Of a stretch of 57,117 bases of DNA, positions 18,601 to 29,500 are shown one piece after another; within the stretch, counting starts at the first letter, position 1, and each line of letters starts with the position of its first letter. Source of the DNA: a virus (taxonomy: Duplodnaviria; Caudoviricetes). The position numbers were made by a program, and so were the translations under genes. The notes beneath the pieces are model-generated. The model ran no database searches. It was not told the origin of the DNA and saw nothing but the letters and a program-made list of their open reading frames with translations. Location of the stretch: positions 1 to 57,117 of IMG/VR virus record IMGVR_UViG_3300037096_000048; one strand, 5' to 3'.

Positions 18601-18967
18601 GCTTTACACTACATCGGATTACCCGCAGATATGCGATTGGCTGCGTTCGAGAGCATTGCCTATAGTGCCAGAAGACTGTCTACCGCGCATTGGATATCTA
18701 GTGGAAGGTGTATGTGCGTCATTCTTGTACCAGACGGATAGTTGTTTTGCTATCAGCGATTGTACAATCTCCAATCCTAATGCTGATTCAGCGCTTAGAT
18801 CAGCGTGTGTGGACAGGGTTATCTTACAAATACTTAAGAAAGCTAAAGAATTAGGCTTTAAGTACGTGAAAGGCGAGACCAAAAACGCTAGTATGGACGA
18901 CAGAGGCCTACGCCTAGGTTTCCTCAGTACAGGGTCATTCTCTGGCTGGATCAAGGAGTTGCGTTAA
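18593..18967 (+). CDS. GNAT-like protein preceding the internal virion proteins
   Basis: VRLYTTSDY...AKELGF...RLGF; probable TTG start overlapping the nozzle stop. Confidence 0.6.
   Translation: MVRLYTTSDYPQICDWLRSRALPIVPEDCLPRIGYLVEGVCASFLYQTDSCFAISDCTISNPNADSALRSACVDRVILQILKKAKELGFKYVKGETKNASMDDRGLRLGFLSTGSFSGWIKELR
18875..18896 (+). promoter_or_regulatory. Putative late promoter motif (upstream of ejection proteins)
   Basis: GAGACCAAAAACGCTAGTATGG; shares 14 nt with the copy at 25766. Confidence 0.55.
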
Positions 18968-20562
18968 TGGGCGGCTTTCTCTCAGGACTATTCGGTACTC
19001 AGCAGAACACCAACACCGGGCAGCAGGCCGCTGCTACAGGCCAAGCCCTTGCTGCCAACAACCCTTACACTCCAGCCCAACTCCAACAACAATACCAGTT
19101 TGGGCAAGCCAATCAAGCGGCCGAGCAAGGACTTGCAGGCCAGTTATCAGCCCAGTCCCAAGGTCAAGGCCCTAATCCAGCACTTGCCCAACTCAATCAG
19201 ACAACTAACGCTAACAACCAGCAATCTGCTGGGATGCTAGCCTCTACCGCCGGGCTTAACCCTGCAGTGGCTGCCAAACTGGCTGCAACTAATCAAGCTA
19301 ACTCCAATCAAGGCGCCGCCGGACAAGCAGCGACGATGGAAGCTCAGCAACAGCTCGCAGCTGAAGGTCAGTTAGCTGGCTTGCAAGGTCAGATGGGACA
19401 ACAGGCGCAAGGACAGCAAAGCGTTGCGAATCAAGCTAATCTCGGTACACAGGCTATAGGCGCCAACATCGCAGGCGCTAACACTCAGGCAGCTGGACAA
19501 GCAGCTGGTGCAGGATTGGGCGCCTTGGGCAGTTTAGGCTCGTTGGCTGGCAGTCTAGTAGGCGGAGGTGCAAGCGCAATTCCTACTACTAGTGTTGCAG
19601 CTGGTGGAATGATTCAAAAAATGGCAGGCGGTGGCGTGAGCAATCCTTACATGGACATTGTCGCAAGTAACTCTGGACTCCCTGCATCCATCACTAACGC
19701 TGGTGAAACCCCGAATACGCCTAATCCTATCGCTCAAGGTTCTAGTATTGGCAGCGGCCTTATGGGCGGTATCGGGTCAATTGGCTCTAAACTGCTTGGA
19801 AGTGGTTCGGGCAGCGGCGGGGATGCAGGCGCTGCGGCTGGTGACACGGCCATGGCTGGCAGTGATGTAAGCGCTTTAGGTGATTTTGCAAGTCTTGCAG
19901 CTAAGGGTGGCATGATGTATGCACCTGGTGGTGTAACTGGAGCTGTGGCACCCCAGCCTGCAGACCCAAATATGGCAACCCAAGGCGTGCCAATGAAACT
20001 CAATGCGCCTACGGCCACAGGATCTGCTGTAACTCCCAATCAAGCGCCATATACTGGGGCATTGACCGATGCCAATGGCAATCCTGAAACTGGCGCCACA
20101 CTGGCTCAAGGGCAGGCCAATCAAACTGCACTGCAGAACCAAGCCACTGGCGCTTACAATACGCAAGCTGCAGCACAAAATACCAATGCTCAAGCTGCAT
20201 TAGCGCAATCTCAGGCCGCTCAAAAAGCTCAGATACAACAGATGAACGGTGTTGGCGGTCCCAACCAGAATGGCCAACCCACCGCCATACAATCCGGACT
20301 TATGGACGTTGCTCAATATGGCGGCCTTATGGGCTTGCTAGCGAGTGGTGGGATGATTAACATGGGCGATAAACTCCGTCAAGGGGGTAGTGTCCCAGGA
20401 AAAGCGGTAGTCAAAGGCGATAGTTACGCCAATGATAAGGTGAACGCGCGTCTTTCGCCTGGAGAGGTTGTGATCCCACGCCATATTATGCAAGGTCCAG
20501 ACCCAGCCAATAACGCCGCTAAGTTCGTCGCAGCGTGCTTGGCGAAGAGCGGTAAGCGCTAA
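18967..20562 (+). CDS. Internal virion / DNA ejection protein
   Basis: Q/A/G-rich low complexity, Gly-rich hydrophobic segment, C-terminal GGSVPG...DKVNARLSPGEVVIP. Confidence 0.7.
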   Translation: MGGFLSGLFGTQQNTNTGQQAAATGQALAANNPYTPAQLQQQYQFGQANQAAEQGLAGQLSAQSQGQGPNPALAQLNQTTNANNQQSAGMLASTAGLNPAVAAKLAATNQANSNQGAAGQAATMEAQQQLAAEGQLAGLQGQMGQQAQGQQSVANQANLGTQAIGANIAGANTQAAGQAAGAGLGALGSLGSLAGSLVGGGASAIPTTSVAAGGMIQKMAGGGVSNPYMDIVASNSGLPASITNAGETPNTPNPIAQGSSIGSGLMGGIGSIGSKLLGSGSGSGGDAGAAAGDTAMAGSDVSALGDFASLAAKGGMMYAPGGVTGAVAPQPADPNMATQGVPMKLNAPTATGSAVTPNQAPYTGALTDANGNPETGATLAQGQANQTALQNQATGAYNTQAAAQNTNAQAALAQSQAAQKAQIQQMNGVGGPNQNGQPTAIQSGLMDVAQYGGLMGLLASGGMINMGDKLRQGGSVPGKAVVKGDSYANDKVNARLSPGEVVIPRHIMQGPDPANNAAKFVAACLAKSGKR

Positions 20563-22565
20563 TGAAAGGACTCAATTTAGACGGGTTTAAGAAAATCCAT
20601 TCAGACGCCAAAATAACTACACTTAAGCATCCGGCAGGTCATGAAATCAAGGTATTGCATTCTGCACTACATCCTGAAATGCGCAAACAGCTCGCTGCAT
20701 TACCCATTGAAAAAATGGCTGACGGTGGTAAGTTTGAAGAGACACACTTCAGCTCAAAGAAAGGCGAAAAGCATGCAAAAACAATGAACGCTGCAGCCAC
20801 TAAGCAATTTCCTAAGAAATTCCAAGAAGGTGGCACAGCGGATGATGTAGCAGAGCCGAACGCACAGAACGCAGCCGCCATGCAATCAGGCGCCACATCA
20901 TCAGGAACTCCAACATTCAGCGATGTAGCTAAGAATATTAAGGCTGGCCTTTCTGGGCCTGCACCTAAGACAGATACGGCTGTCTCTGACCCTGGTGTAA
21001 AGACTTCCACCGATCCTAACACTAAGAATGACCTCGGCGCAGAAATACCTGGCACAAAGCGGACACATCAATCTAGCAATTATGCTCAAGGCGGAAAGGC
21101 TGTTCAATATGCTAAAGGCACTGAAGACGCCCCAGTTTCAGATGATTCTAGTCCTGATAGCGATAACGATATTCCTTCTGGCGGTCCTAATGACAAGCCC
21201 CCCGTCGTCATCAACGTCGGTGCAACGCCTGCCGCTAACGCTCCCGCACCATTCCCGGGCCCTGGTCCCCAAGGGACGTCTGGTCCTGGCGCCGCACAGG
21301 GTGCTGCTTCAAGTACTCCAGACCTTGACGCCGCTCCAAGTGAAGGACAAGGCGGAGGGGACAATTCGGCCCAAGCTTCCCCCGGCGTGGTGGCACCTAG
21401 TGGGCAGGCGAACGGTGCTGGCGGTGCAACTCCAAACGACCCCTATGGCGCCACAGCCACTCAGAAAGCCTATCTCCAAGGTTTAGGCGAACAAAAGGCA
21501 GGCTTAGCACAGCAGTATGCCGGTGAATCGGCTTTAGGCACTGCGCAGGCTACATCTTTGAACAAAGCTGCAGCCATGCAGCAACAAAATATTGCCAACT
21601 TTCAGAGTCATTATAATACTTTAGATCAAGCTCGACAGCACTTTCAACAGGCTATAGAGCAACAGAACATTGATCCGAACAAATATATCTCAGGGATGAG
21701 CACTGGCGGTAAGATTGCCACTGCTCTAGGGCTTATCGCTGGTGGTCTTGGTGCAGGACTGACCAAAGGCCCAAACTTCGCCATGGACTTCCTGAATAAG
21801 CAAATTAGCAATGATATTGATGCCCAGCGCGCTAATCTTGGAAAAACAAGTACGTTACTTTCCAAAAATATGGAACAATTCGGCAATATGAGGGATGCGC
21901 AGGAAATGACTCGCATTCAACAGCAAGACTTGATCAAGACTGCTATGGAACGCAACGCAGCTGAGCAGACTGATCCAATGGCAAAGGCACGACTGTTGCA
22001 AGCCACCGGCATAGTGGACAAGGATAGCGCGGACAAGATGGGTCAAATGGCCATGCGCCGCACGCTGCTCAGTGGCGCTCAGAACGGTACTATTCCACCA
22101 GAACAGTTTATTAGAGGTGTGGTGCCTGAAGGTCAGCAAGCGGAGGCGCTGAAACAATTAAAAGACGCTCAAGATGCTGTATCTCTTAGGGATAACACAC
22201 TGAATGCATTTGACCAAATCGCTCAGATCAACACCGCCGGGAACCGCGTGATGAATCCTATCCAATCAAAAGCACAGATTGATGCCATTCGCGGCGCAGC
22301 TCTGGACAAACTCACCAAGGACACGTCGGGAAGAGTCACACCGCAAACGATTGAGCTGATCAGCGGTATGTTGTCCCCCGGTGTAACCCACAATGAGAAG
22401 ACTCGCGGTATTGAAAAAAGCAGACTTAACGCCGTATTAACCCAGGGCATGCACTATCCAGTATTAGCGCAATGGGGATTACATCCGGAGCAGAATGGTA
22501 CGCACAACAGAGCCGGGCAAACGACAATACCCGAGTCTGCTCCTGTCCGCCCGAATCAAGAATAA
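20562..22565 (+). CDS. Internal virion / ejection protein
   Basis: Disordered N-half, hydrophobic IATALGLIAGGLGAGL segment, coiled coil. Confidence 0.7.
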   Translation: MKGLNLDGFKKIHSDAKITTLKHPAGHEIKVLHSALHPEMRKQLAALPIEKMADGGKFEETHFSSKKGEKHAKTMNAAATKQFPKKFQEGGTADDVAEPNAQNAAAMQSGATSSGTPTFSDVAKNIKAGLSGPAPKTDTAVSDPGVKTSTDPNTKNDLGAEIPGTKRTHQSSNYAQGGKAVQYAKGTEDAPVSDDSSPDSDNDIPSGGPNDKPPVVINVGATPAANAPAPFPGPGPQGTSGPGAAQGAASSTPDLDAAPSEGQGGGDNSAQASPGVVAPSGQANGAGGATPNDPYGATATQKAYLQGLGEQKAGLAQQYAGESALGTAQATSLNKAAAMQQQNIANFQSHYNTLDQARQHFQQAIEQQNIDPNKYISGMSTGGKIATALGLIAGGLGAGLTKGPNFAMDFLNKQISNDIDAQRANLGKTSTLLSKNMEQFGNMRDAQEMTRIQQQDLIKTAMERNAAEQTDPMAKARLLQATGIVDKDSADKMGQMAMRRTLLSGAQNGTIPPEQFIRGVVPEGQQAEALKQLKDAQDAVSLRDNTLNAFDQIAQINTAGNRVMNPIQSKAQIDAIRGAALDKLTKDTSGRVTPQTIELISGMLSPGVTHNEKTRGIEKSRLNAVLTQGMHYPVLAQWGLHPEQNGTHNRAGQTTIPESAPVRPNQE

Positions 22566-22576
22566 GGTAATAACTC

Positions 22577-25500
22577 ATGGTTGATGGTTCTGGCATACCG
22601 ACAACATCTGATGCAGATCAGGAATTCGATGCTACGGTGGCTAGGGCTAACTCACCGGCTGAAGCCCCTGCAGCACCCTACGTTCAACCGATGACCGAAC
22701 AAGCACCGCAAGGGCCTGTCAACGTCATGAATCCCCAGGGTGATCTCGTAAGCATCCCTGGTGAGCACCTTGATGCCGCGCTAGCTGGCGGTTATACTCG
22801 CGCTACACAAGCTCAGCTCGATGCCTACGACCAGCAACAGAAATATGGCACCGGGTTACAGACTGCCAAGACAGCTGCAGAATCAACTGCAAAGGGTCTG
22901 GTTGGTCCGCTAGCGCCATTGGTTGAGACGGATATACTTGGTATTGACCCAAAAGAGATTGCCGCTAGAGAGGAAGCTAACCCTGGTGTAGCTACTGCGG
23001 GCACTATTGGCGGGTTGACCGTGGGCTCTATCTACGGCGTCGGTGAAGCTGCTCTATTAGGCAAGGCTGGCGATTTAGCTGCCCATGGCGTCGCTGCTAT
23101 GCTGCCAGAAGCTACGGGGCTTGCTGGACGACTTGGCACGGGTATTGCGACTGGAGCTGCACGAGGGGTTGCAGAGAATGCTCTGTTTCAAGCCGGGGAC
23201 GAAACCTCGAAGATGATCGAGCAACCCACAGCTGACTTTACTGATACGGCAATGACGAATGTGGGTATGGCCGCGTTGCTAGGCGGCGGTATTGGAGGTG
23301 CATTCGGCACGGTGTCACCATTGTGGAAAGCTACGTTCGGCAAGGATGCACAGGCTGGACTAGAAGCCGCACACAATGACGCGAATGGCATTCCACAGAC
23401 TTCAGGTCCTGACCTTCCAGGCCCGATCAAGAAGATCATCTCAGTGTATGGCGGTGTATCTGAGAAGGACACAACAACTTACTTGAAAGAACGCGACGCC
23501 ATGCGTGCGCTGCCATCCACAGATGAAATCTATCAGCATGGTTTACAGTATGTTGGAACCATCAACGATGCCGTTGCAAAAGGCAAGATGGATGAAGTTG
23601 ATGCTCTAGCGGCATATAAAAGCGCTGACTCCGATATGAGACAAGACTTGAAAGAGCAGGGTTATGATGTCAGAAATGCCGCGAAAACGGCAGCGGACAG
23701 TTTGAAACAAGCCCAGACCGATTTAGCTGGCACTTTACGCACTAATGCCACAGAGACCGCACCGTCTATCACCGACGCCGTGGGCAAGTTAAAGCAACAG
23801 GCTTTAGATGGCAGCGAAGCCGCCGTTGATGCCCTACATTACTCAGACAAGACTATAAGTCTTGAAAATACTTATAATAAAGGGCAAGAATTAATTGATA
23901 AGCTTCGACTTCGAGGAACTACAGAGGCCAAAGCTCAGGCGCAACAACTGCAAACATATCTCGACGGCGTGCATCAAGACCTTGGTGATATTAATGCAGT
24001 ACCCGCTGCTCGTGCAAAGCCTCTAATCCAAGGCTTACAGGCTAACGGCAAGTATGGTTTAGGCGCCAGTGAGTTTGATAAGGGCTTGTCTGGCCAATAT
24101 AAACAGTTAGCCTACACATTGGATAGCGATCTTAAGACAGCAGTTCCGGAATATGCCGCAGCTATGAAGCCCGTAGCAGCTAAGTTTTCATTGCTGGACG
24201 ACCTCAAGGACTACGGTGACCCCGACTCAGCCGCTAGGCGTATCAAGGGCTTGACAGATCCGCTGAAGTACAAGGAAGATATGCCAATGCTGCGAGACCT
24301 GGAAGCGCACACGAATACTCAGTTTACGAATCATATTGAGCCTTATGCTAATCCTGACATCACAGCACGCCTGAAGAAAGCGATACCTGAATATGCTGAG
24401 CACCAGAAAGCAGCTGCGATTGAGGCCGAGTTCAAGAATCCTCGCACTCAAGCCGCCATGCAAGAGGCTCTGGCCAATTCTCCGGAGCATAAAGCTTTGG
24501 TCTCGGCCCGCGCAGCGAAGGAAGCCGCTATACTTGAGAAAGAAAGTCTTAGAGGAGTTACGACCGGGAACCTGGAAAGTAAACTAAAGTCTCTAGGAAT
24601 GGGCAAGGAAGGTGCTAAGAATGCCTTTGCACAGTTTCCCCAGATGAACGGACAGAACCTTGAAGATGTCCTTCGTCTTAAGCGGACACAAGAAGCGTTT
24701 TCCAAGGGTCAGATGAACGGCAGCCGCTTAGTGAATGCATTCGCCGGGTTGCTGGGCGGCATCGGCGGCCTATTCACTGGGCATACGTTCGCTGGTATGG
24801 CCCTAGGTTCCCAAGTCGGCGCATTTGAGGACAGGTATGGCCCCACATCGGTGCAGAAACTTCTGGATATTTATCTTAACAATCCCTCTAACCCAATCGT
24901 GAAAGCTCTGGGCGGCGGTGTGTCGGCCGATGCTGCACGTGTTGCCATGGCCAAAGTAGTGGATAGTGCCAATCCAGCCAGCGCCGAGGGCTTTAAAGCT
25001 GCTGCAGATTTGATCCATAATGCCACGAAAGGCGAAAATTTAATCACGAAAGCCACTAAAGGCATCTTCAAGGCCGGTGCCGAAGTACTTCCATCATCTC
25101 AGCTGCCTACAGATGCCACTAGAGCCTCAATAGACAAGAGTCTGAAACGTATCCAGACCAATCCAAATGAGTTACTGCAGAAGTCAAACAATGCTGCATA
25201 TTACATGCCACAACACGGCGCCGCACTTGCACAAACAGCCACGAAAGCTTCAAACTATCTCAATTCAATCCGCCCCAATACCGCACCAGCTCAGCCATTA
25301 GATTCCAAGCGCGACCCAAGCCCAACTGAGAAAGCCGCCTTCGGAAGGGCATTAGATATAGCTCAGCAGCCCTTAGTTGTGCTCAAGAGCCTGGCTGAAG
25401 GTCGTTTAGTGCCGGATGACATGAAGCACCTACAGGCTCTGTACCCTGCTCTGACAGCAAAACTGCAATCCGGACTTATATCGCAGATGACAGAGCACAT

Positions 25501-25768
25501 TTCTAAGGGTGAAAGCGTGCCGTATAGCACCCGAATGGGCCTCTCATTGTTCTTAGGACAGCCTTTAGACAGCACTATGACCCCTACAGGCATAACAGCT
25601 GCTCAGATGGCCCTGGTGATGCCAAGCAAGGGTGCTCCGGCTACTTCTCCCACGAATGGAAAACCTCCATCGGCTAGTAGCGTCAAAGGATTAGAGAAAA
25701 TGGGCACTATGTACCAGACAGCGGGTCAGAAAGCGCAGAAGGATCGGGATGCTGGAGCTAAAGCCTAG
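22577..25768 (+). CDS. Large internal virion / ejection protein
   Basis: 1063 aa, Ala-rich helical, glycine-zipper hydrophobic stretches; third gene of the ejection block. Confidence 0.7.
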   Translation: MVDGSGIPTTSDADQEFDATVARANSPAEAPAAPYVQPMTEQAPQGPVNVMNPQGDLVSIPGEHLDAALAGGYTRATQAQLDAYDQQQKYGTGLQTAKTAAESTAKGLVGPLAPLVETDILGIDPKEIAAREEANPGVATAGTIGGLTVGSIYGVGEAALLGKAGDLAAHGVAAMLPEATGLAGRLGTGIATGAARGVAENALFQAGDETSKMIEQPTADFTDTAMTNVGMAALLGGGIGGAFGTVSPLWKATFGKDAQAGLEAAHNDANGIPQTSGPDLPGPIKKIISVYGGVSEKDTTTYLKERDAMRALPSTDEIYQHGLQYVGTINDAVAKGKMDEVDALAAYKSADSDMRQDLKEQGYDVRNAAKTAADSLKQAQTDLAGTLRTNATETAPSITDAVGKLKQQALDGSEAAVDALHYSDKTISLENTYNKGQELIDKLRLRGTTEAKAQAQQLQTYLDGVHQDLGDINAVPAARAKPLIQGLQANGKYGLGASEFDKGLSGQYKQLAYTLDSDLKTAVPEYAAAMKPVAAKFSLLDDLKDYGDPDSAARRIKGLTDPLKYKEDMPMLRDLEAHTNTQFTNHIEPYANPDITARLKKAIPEYAEHQKAAAIEAEFKNPRTQAAMQEALANSPEHKALVSARAAKEAAILEKESLRGVTTGNLESKLKSLGMGKEGAKNAFAQFPQMNGQNLEDVLRLKRTQEAFSKGQMNGSRLVNAFAGLLGGIGGLFTGHTFAGMALGSQVGAFEDRYGPTSVQKLLDIYLNNPSNPIVKALGGGVSADAARVAMAKVVDSANPASAEGFKAAADLIHNATKGENLITKATKGIFKAGAEVLPSSQLPTDATRASIDKSLKRIQTNPNELLQKSNNAAYYMPQHGAALAQTATKASNYLNSIRPNTAPAQPLDSKRDPSPTEKAAFGRALDIAQQPLVVLKSLAEGRLVPDDMKHLQALYPALTAKLQSGLISQMTEHISKGESVPYSTRMGLSLFLGQPLDSTMTPTGITAAQMALVMPSKGAPATSPTNGKPPSASSVKGLEKMGTMYQTAGQKAQKDRDAGAKA

Positions 25769-25787
25769 ACCAAAAACGCTCTGGTGA
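25766..25787 (+). promoter_or_regulatory. Putative late promoter motif
   Basis: TAGACCAAAAACGCTCTGGTGA upstream of the tail-fibre block. Confidence 0.65.
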
Positions 25788-25830
25788 ACAGTCTAGGGCC
25801 ATAAGCCCTTAACTTATAAGGGGTCTGTCA

Positions 25831-26223
25831 ATGTCTTCTCGCCCAATCCTCAGTCCATTCCAAGTCATCACCAACGGCGCCATGGTCGGCAATCTGACTA
25901 GCATCGTAAGCGTCATCCAAAACCTTTCTATGCTCAGCTATGCGGCGAGTTGGACTGGTGCGACACCGGTGGGCACTTTGTCAGTCCAGGTCAGCAATGA
26001 CTATTCGCAATACGCTGATGGCTCCGTGAATAATCCAGGCACCTGGACTACTATGATTTTGAATGTGGGCGGAGTGCCATCACCGACTGTCCCGGTAACT
26101 GGATCTCCCGGCACTGCATTTATTGACATTGACCAAACTGCTGCTTATGCAATGCGTTTAATTTACACGGCTGGGTCAGGCACAGGTTCTTTGCAAGCTT
26201 TCTTGAACGGGAAAGTAGCATAA
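25831..26223 (+). CDS. Small beta-rich virion protein (paralog of 29818-30198)
   Basis: WTGATPVGTLSVQVSND...MRLIYTA vs WTGSPIGNFTLEVSND...VRLVYTA. Confidence 0.7.
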   Translation: MSSRPILSPFQVITNGAMVGNLTSIVSVIQNLSMLSYAASWTGATPVGTLSVQVSNDYSQYADGSVNNPGTWTTMILNVGGVPSPTVPVTGSPGTAFIDIDQTAAYAMRLIYTAGSGTGSLQAFLNGKVA

Positions 26224-26224
26224 A

Positions 26225-29143
26225 ATGGTTTACGCTCAATACCCATTTGAACTTGGCGGGGGAGTTACTACCATAAATGGCTTGACTGGCGCAGTGACCT
26301 TAGTTGGCGGCACGGACATTTCTGTTGCTGTAGCTGGACAGAATATCACTATTGCTTTCACTGGAGCTGGCTTATTCGCTAATACTGCATTGAGCAACCT
26401 CGCTGCAGTGGCTATAAATACTTCCCTGCTCCCCGGTGCAGATAACTCTATCGATCTAGGCTCATTGACCTTGGGTTTCCGCAATACGTTCATGGATGGG
26501 TATACTCAGTACACTGCAATAGCCACGCCAAGTGCGCCAGCGGCAGGACACAAACTCATTTATGCTACTACCGAGTCTACCCAGACGGTAATGGCAGGAC
26601 TTGGCCCGACGGGCAATCAAGTCATCATGTTCCAAGACATCTTAACGCCAGCTTTCAATGCATCTGGCGGCACCATTACCCGAGGTCAAGCTGTAATCCA
26701 GAGCGGTGAGAGCGGCGGAACTCCAGCGTTCATCTTAGCAGAAGCGAATTCAGGTACAGGCGCGCAAGTTTATGGCCTTGTACTGACAACATCCATCGCG
26801 TCGGGCGCTATTGGCGAAGTGTTATCTCAAGGAAAGTTAACAGGAGTTAATACTTCTGCTTTTAACGCTGGTGATACACTCTATCTATCTGACACTGTTC
26901 CGGGCGGCCTGCAAAACTTCCCCCCGGTGTATCCGTCGTTTGTTACTAAGATCGGCGTCGTACTGGTAGCAGATGCCACAGTCGGTGTTATTTCTCTTCA
27001 GATCATTCCTGCCGTTATTTTGCCTGTTATTGCAAGCCCTGTCGGCTTTTATTATTGGGCAATAGCATCAGCAGATATTGCTGGCTATGATCAAATGAAT
27101 ACTGCACCTAGCACTGCGGCTACCGTAATATTCACTTCCACAGGGTCTACTAGCAAGACCTTGATGGAAGCATTTGCCACGCCTATTGGTTCGCCGGATA
27201 CTACGAGTATCCCAGCAGGTAGCTGGTTGTTCACGATATTTGCTAAGGCTTCTTCCGCAGCAGGAACCAACACTGTCACGGTTGATGTGTACCAGCGTTC
27301 CCAGCCGGGCGGAGTTGAGACATTACTCTTCACAGTTGTAACGCCACAACTGACTGCTACATTAGCGGAATATGATGTGCTTTATACGTCAGGTGCTATA
27401 ACGCTGTTGGCAACTGATAGACTGGTGTTTAAGGTTTCAGGAACTAGCTCGGTAGCCGCGCACACAATCTCTTTCTATACGCAAGACACTAGCAATAACA
27501 GCTTTGTTTCCACGCCTTTGGCGGCGGGCACTGGTGCAACGACCAGTATATCCGTTGCTACAGCCAACGGCTTTGCCGGGACTTCTAGCGGCGGTACGAC
27601 TCCAGTATTGACTTTGTCAACTACTCTGACTACTCCAGTAGTTGCAGCAAATGGTACAGCGTTGATAGCGGGCACGACAACCGGCACGGGCTCGACAGTG
27701 ATGTTGAATGCCGGTCCTACTTTCACGGGTACTATGGGTGGTGGGGCACTTACACTCACAACAGCACTGGCCGTGACAAGCGGTGGAACGGGTCAGAACT
27801 CTGCTTTGACCCAGTGGGGAAGCATCTACGCAGCATCGGCCACAGCGATGGCATCTACCGCAGCCGGAACAACTGGCCAAGTTCTCACTGCTGCGACTGG
27901 GGGTGCTCCTACTTGGTCAACTAATCCTAGTGGTGCTGCTATATCCATCGGTGCCCTAGATGCTCAAGCTGAGAATGCTAAGGGTTTAGCGCTGGTATCC
28001 GGTGTTCTGTCAGCCCAGAGCGCAGATGCAACACATCCTGGCATGGTTAATAATACTACACAAACTCTTGGAGGCGCAAAGACATTTAACGCTTATATGG
28101 GAATTGGGATAGCTGCGGTCAACACTACTGGATTGCTGGTGTCCGCCGAAGCCGCCGGTGTAGGTGCTGGTACTGAAGTTGCTTTCAGAGACATCAGTAC
28201 TTACACTCCGTCTGGTGGAACAGGTATTTCTTTCTTTTCCACTCCGACTGTAGCGACCAATACTGTAGCTCTCATATACCATTATAATGCAGTCAACACA
28301 GTTGTCAGCAGCGGCGCTCTGACTAGAGAAGTTGGATTTCTGTACGGAACTCCCGGATCAACCCAGGCCGTTACGGGTATGGCCGTGGTAACGGATAATG
28401 TTGTCTTCACGGGTAATTGGTTCATAAATCAAGTTAGCACGTTGCCTAGTTTATTCAGCGGACCCGTTACCGCAGGCGCATCTGGAACTAGTTTAGCAGT
28501 TACGAGTAACGCAACTGTCGGCGGCACGCTCACGGTGACTGGGCTACTAACCGCTTCCGCTGATCTTGCGGTGACTGGAAACATCATAGATACAGGAGCG
28601 GGCGGCCCGCCCTATCTCCAGTTGGTAAATAACCAAACTGGCGGTGTGAACTACAGCCTGTATTCCGCAAATTCCGCCAGTAATGGATTCAACGGATTTG
28701 GCATCTTGGATAGTTCATCGACGTATGTCTTTAAAATAATTGCTGGAACGGGTGCCGCAACTTTTTCAGGACCGCTCACTGTGACTGGCGCGACGACATT
28801 GAACGGCTCTTCAACGACAAATAACGGCGCCGAGTTTCTAGCCGGCGGGGTCGCGGACTTCGGGAAAACCTACGTAACATCGGCCGGGAATTTCACAATC
28901 GCAAATAACGTCTGGCACGTCATTGTGAATGCGGGGACTCAGACTACCCTCACAATCACGATGCCAGCGGTCGCAAATAACGGCCAGATCGTAACGATCT
29001 CGTTTGTTGGTGCCATTACGACTCTTTCTGTCGTGGCAAATACCGGGCAGACGCTCGACGGGACGCCGACGACTGCGGCCCTGAATGCATTTGCTACTTG
29101 GATCTACAATACGAGCACCACCACTTGGTATCGGTGCGGATAA
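26225..29143 (+). CDS. Tail fibre / receptor-binding protein
   Basis: 972 aa T/G/A/S-rich, multi-module; VTTINGLTGAVTL, ANTALSNL, LAVTSGGTG fibre motifs. Confidence 0.8.
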   Translation: MVYAQYPFELGGGVTTINGLTGAVTLVGGTDISVAVAGQNITIAFTGAGLFANTALSNLAAVAINTSLLPGADNSIDLGSLTLGFRNTFMDGYTQYTAIATPSAPAAGHKLIYATTESTQTVMAGLGPTGNQVIMFQDILTPAFNASGGTITRGQAVIQSGESGGTPAFILAEANSGTGAQVYGLVLTTSIASGAIGEVLSQGKLTGVNTSAFNAGDTLYLSDTVPGGLQNFPPVYPSFVTKIGVVLVADATVGVISLQIIPAVILPVIASPVGFYYWAIASADIAGYDQMNTAPSTAATVIFTSTGSTSKTLMEAFATPIGSPDTTSIPAGSWLFTIFAKASSAAGTNTVTVDVYQRSQPGGVETLLFTVVTPQLTATLAEYDVLYTSGAITLLATDRLVFKVSGTSSVAAHTISFYTQDTSNNSFVSTPLAAGTGATTSISVATANGFAGTSSGGTTPVLTLSTTLTTPVVAANGTALIAGTTTGTGSTVMLNAGPTFTGTMGGGALTLTTALAVTSGGTGQNSALTQWGSIYAASATAMASTAAGTTGQVLTAATGGAPTWSTNPSGAAISIGALDAQAENAKGLALVSGVLSAQSADATHPGMVNNTTQTLGGAKTFNAYMGIGIAAVNTTGLLVSAEAAGVGAGTEVAFRDISTYTPSGGTGISFFSTPTVATNTVALIYHYNAVNTVVSSGALTREVGFLYGTPGSTQAVTGMAVVTDNVVFTGNWFINQVSTLPSLFSGPVTAGASGTSLAVTSNATVGGTLTVTGLLTASADLAVTGNIIDTGAGGPPYLQLVNNQTGGVNYSLYSANSASNGFNGFGILDSSSTYVFKIIAGTGAATFSGPLTVTGATTLNGSSTTNNGAEFLAGGVADFGKTYVTSAGNFTIANNVWHVIVNAGTQTTLTITMPAVANNGQIVTISFVGAITTLSVVANTGQTLDGTPTTAALNAFATWIYNTSTTTWYRCG

Positions 29144-29157
29144 CAGAAGGAATAAAT

Positions 29158-29490
29158 ATGGCAAATACATTGAAAGACGGCGTAGCAAATATTATATGTG
29201 GATTAGGGACTTACACCTATACCACAACTGTAACAGGCATCCTGTTTGTCTCGGCGCAGTGCTTGGAGAATCCTCCATCCAGCATTAGCATCACTCTGAG
29301 TCAGACGGGTAGCATCACAGCATCGGTGACTTCCACTGCACCAACTGTGCCTCAGGAAAACATCACCGTGCAGACTAAGTTCAACATTACTGCCGGAGAT
29401 ATCATCACGGTGGCTATCAGCTCTGCAGCGGCAATCGATAATCAACTAAACACTGTGAAAACTACGGTAACATTGGGAAGAACAAACTAA
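29158..29490 (+). CDS. Small beta-rich virion protein
   Basis: SD AAGGA; paralogous to next ORF (ITLSQTGS / VTLSQSGS). Confidence 0.7.
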   Translation: MANTLKDGVANIICGLGTYTYTTTVTGILFVSAQCLENPPSSISITLSQTGSITASVTSTAPTVPQENITVQTKFNITAGDIITVAISSAAAIDNQLNTVKTTVTLGRTN

Positions 29491-29500
29491 GGGGAATGGT

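Noticed and set aside
22577-25768. Tape measure protein or virion RNA polymerase
   Set aside because: No long-tail genes nearby and no polymerase catalytic motifs recognised; context fits a podovirus ejection protein
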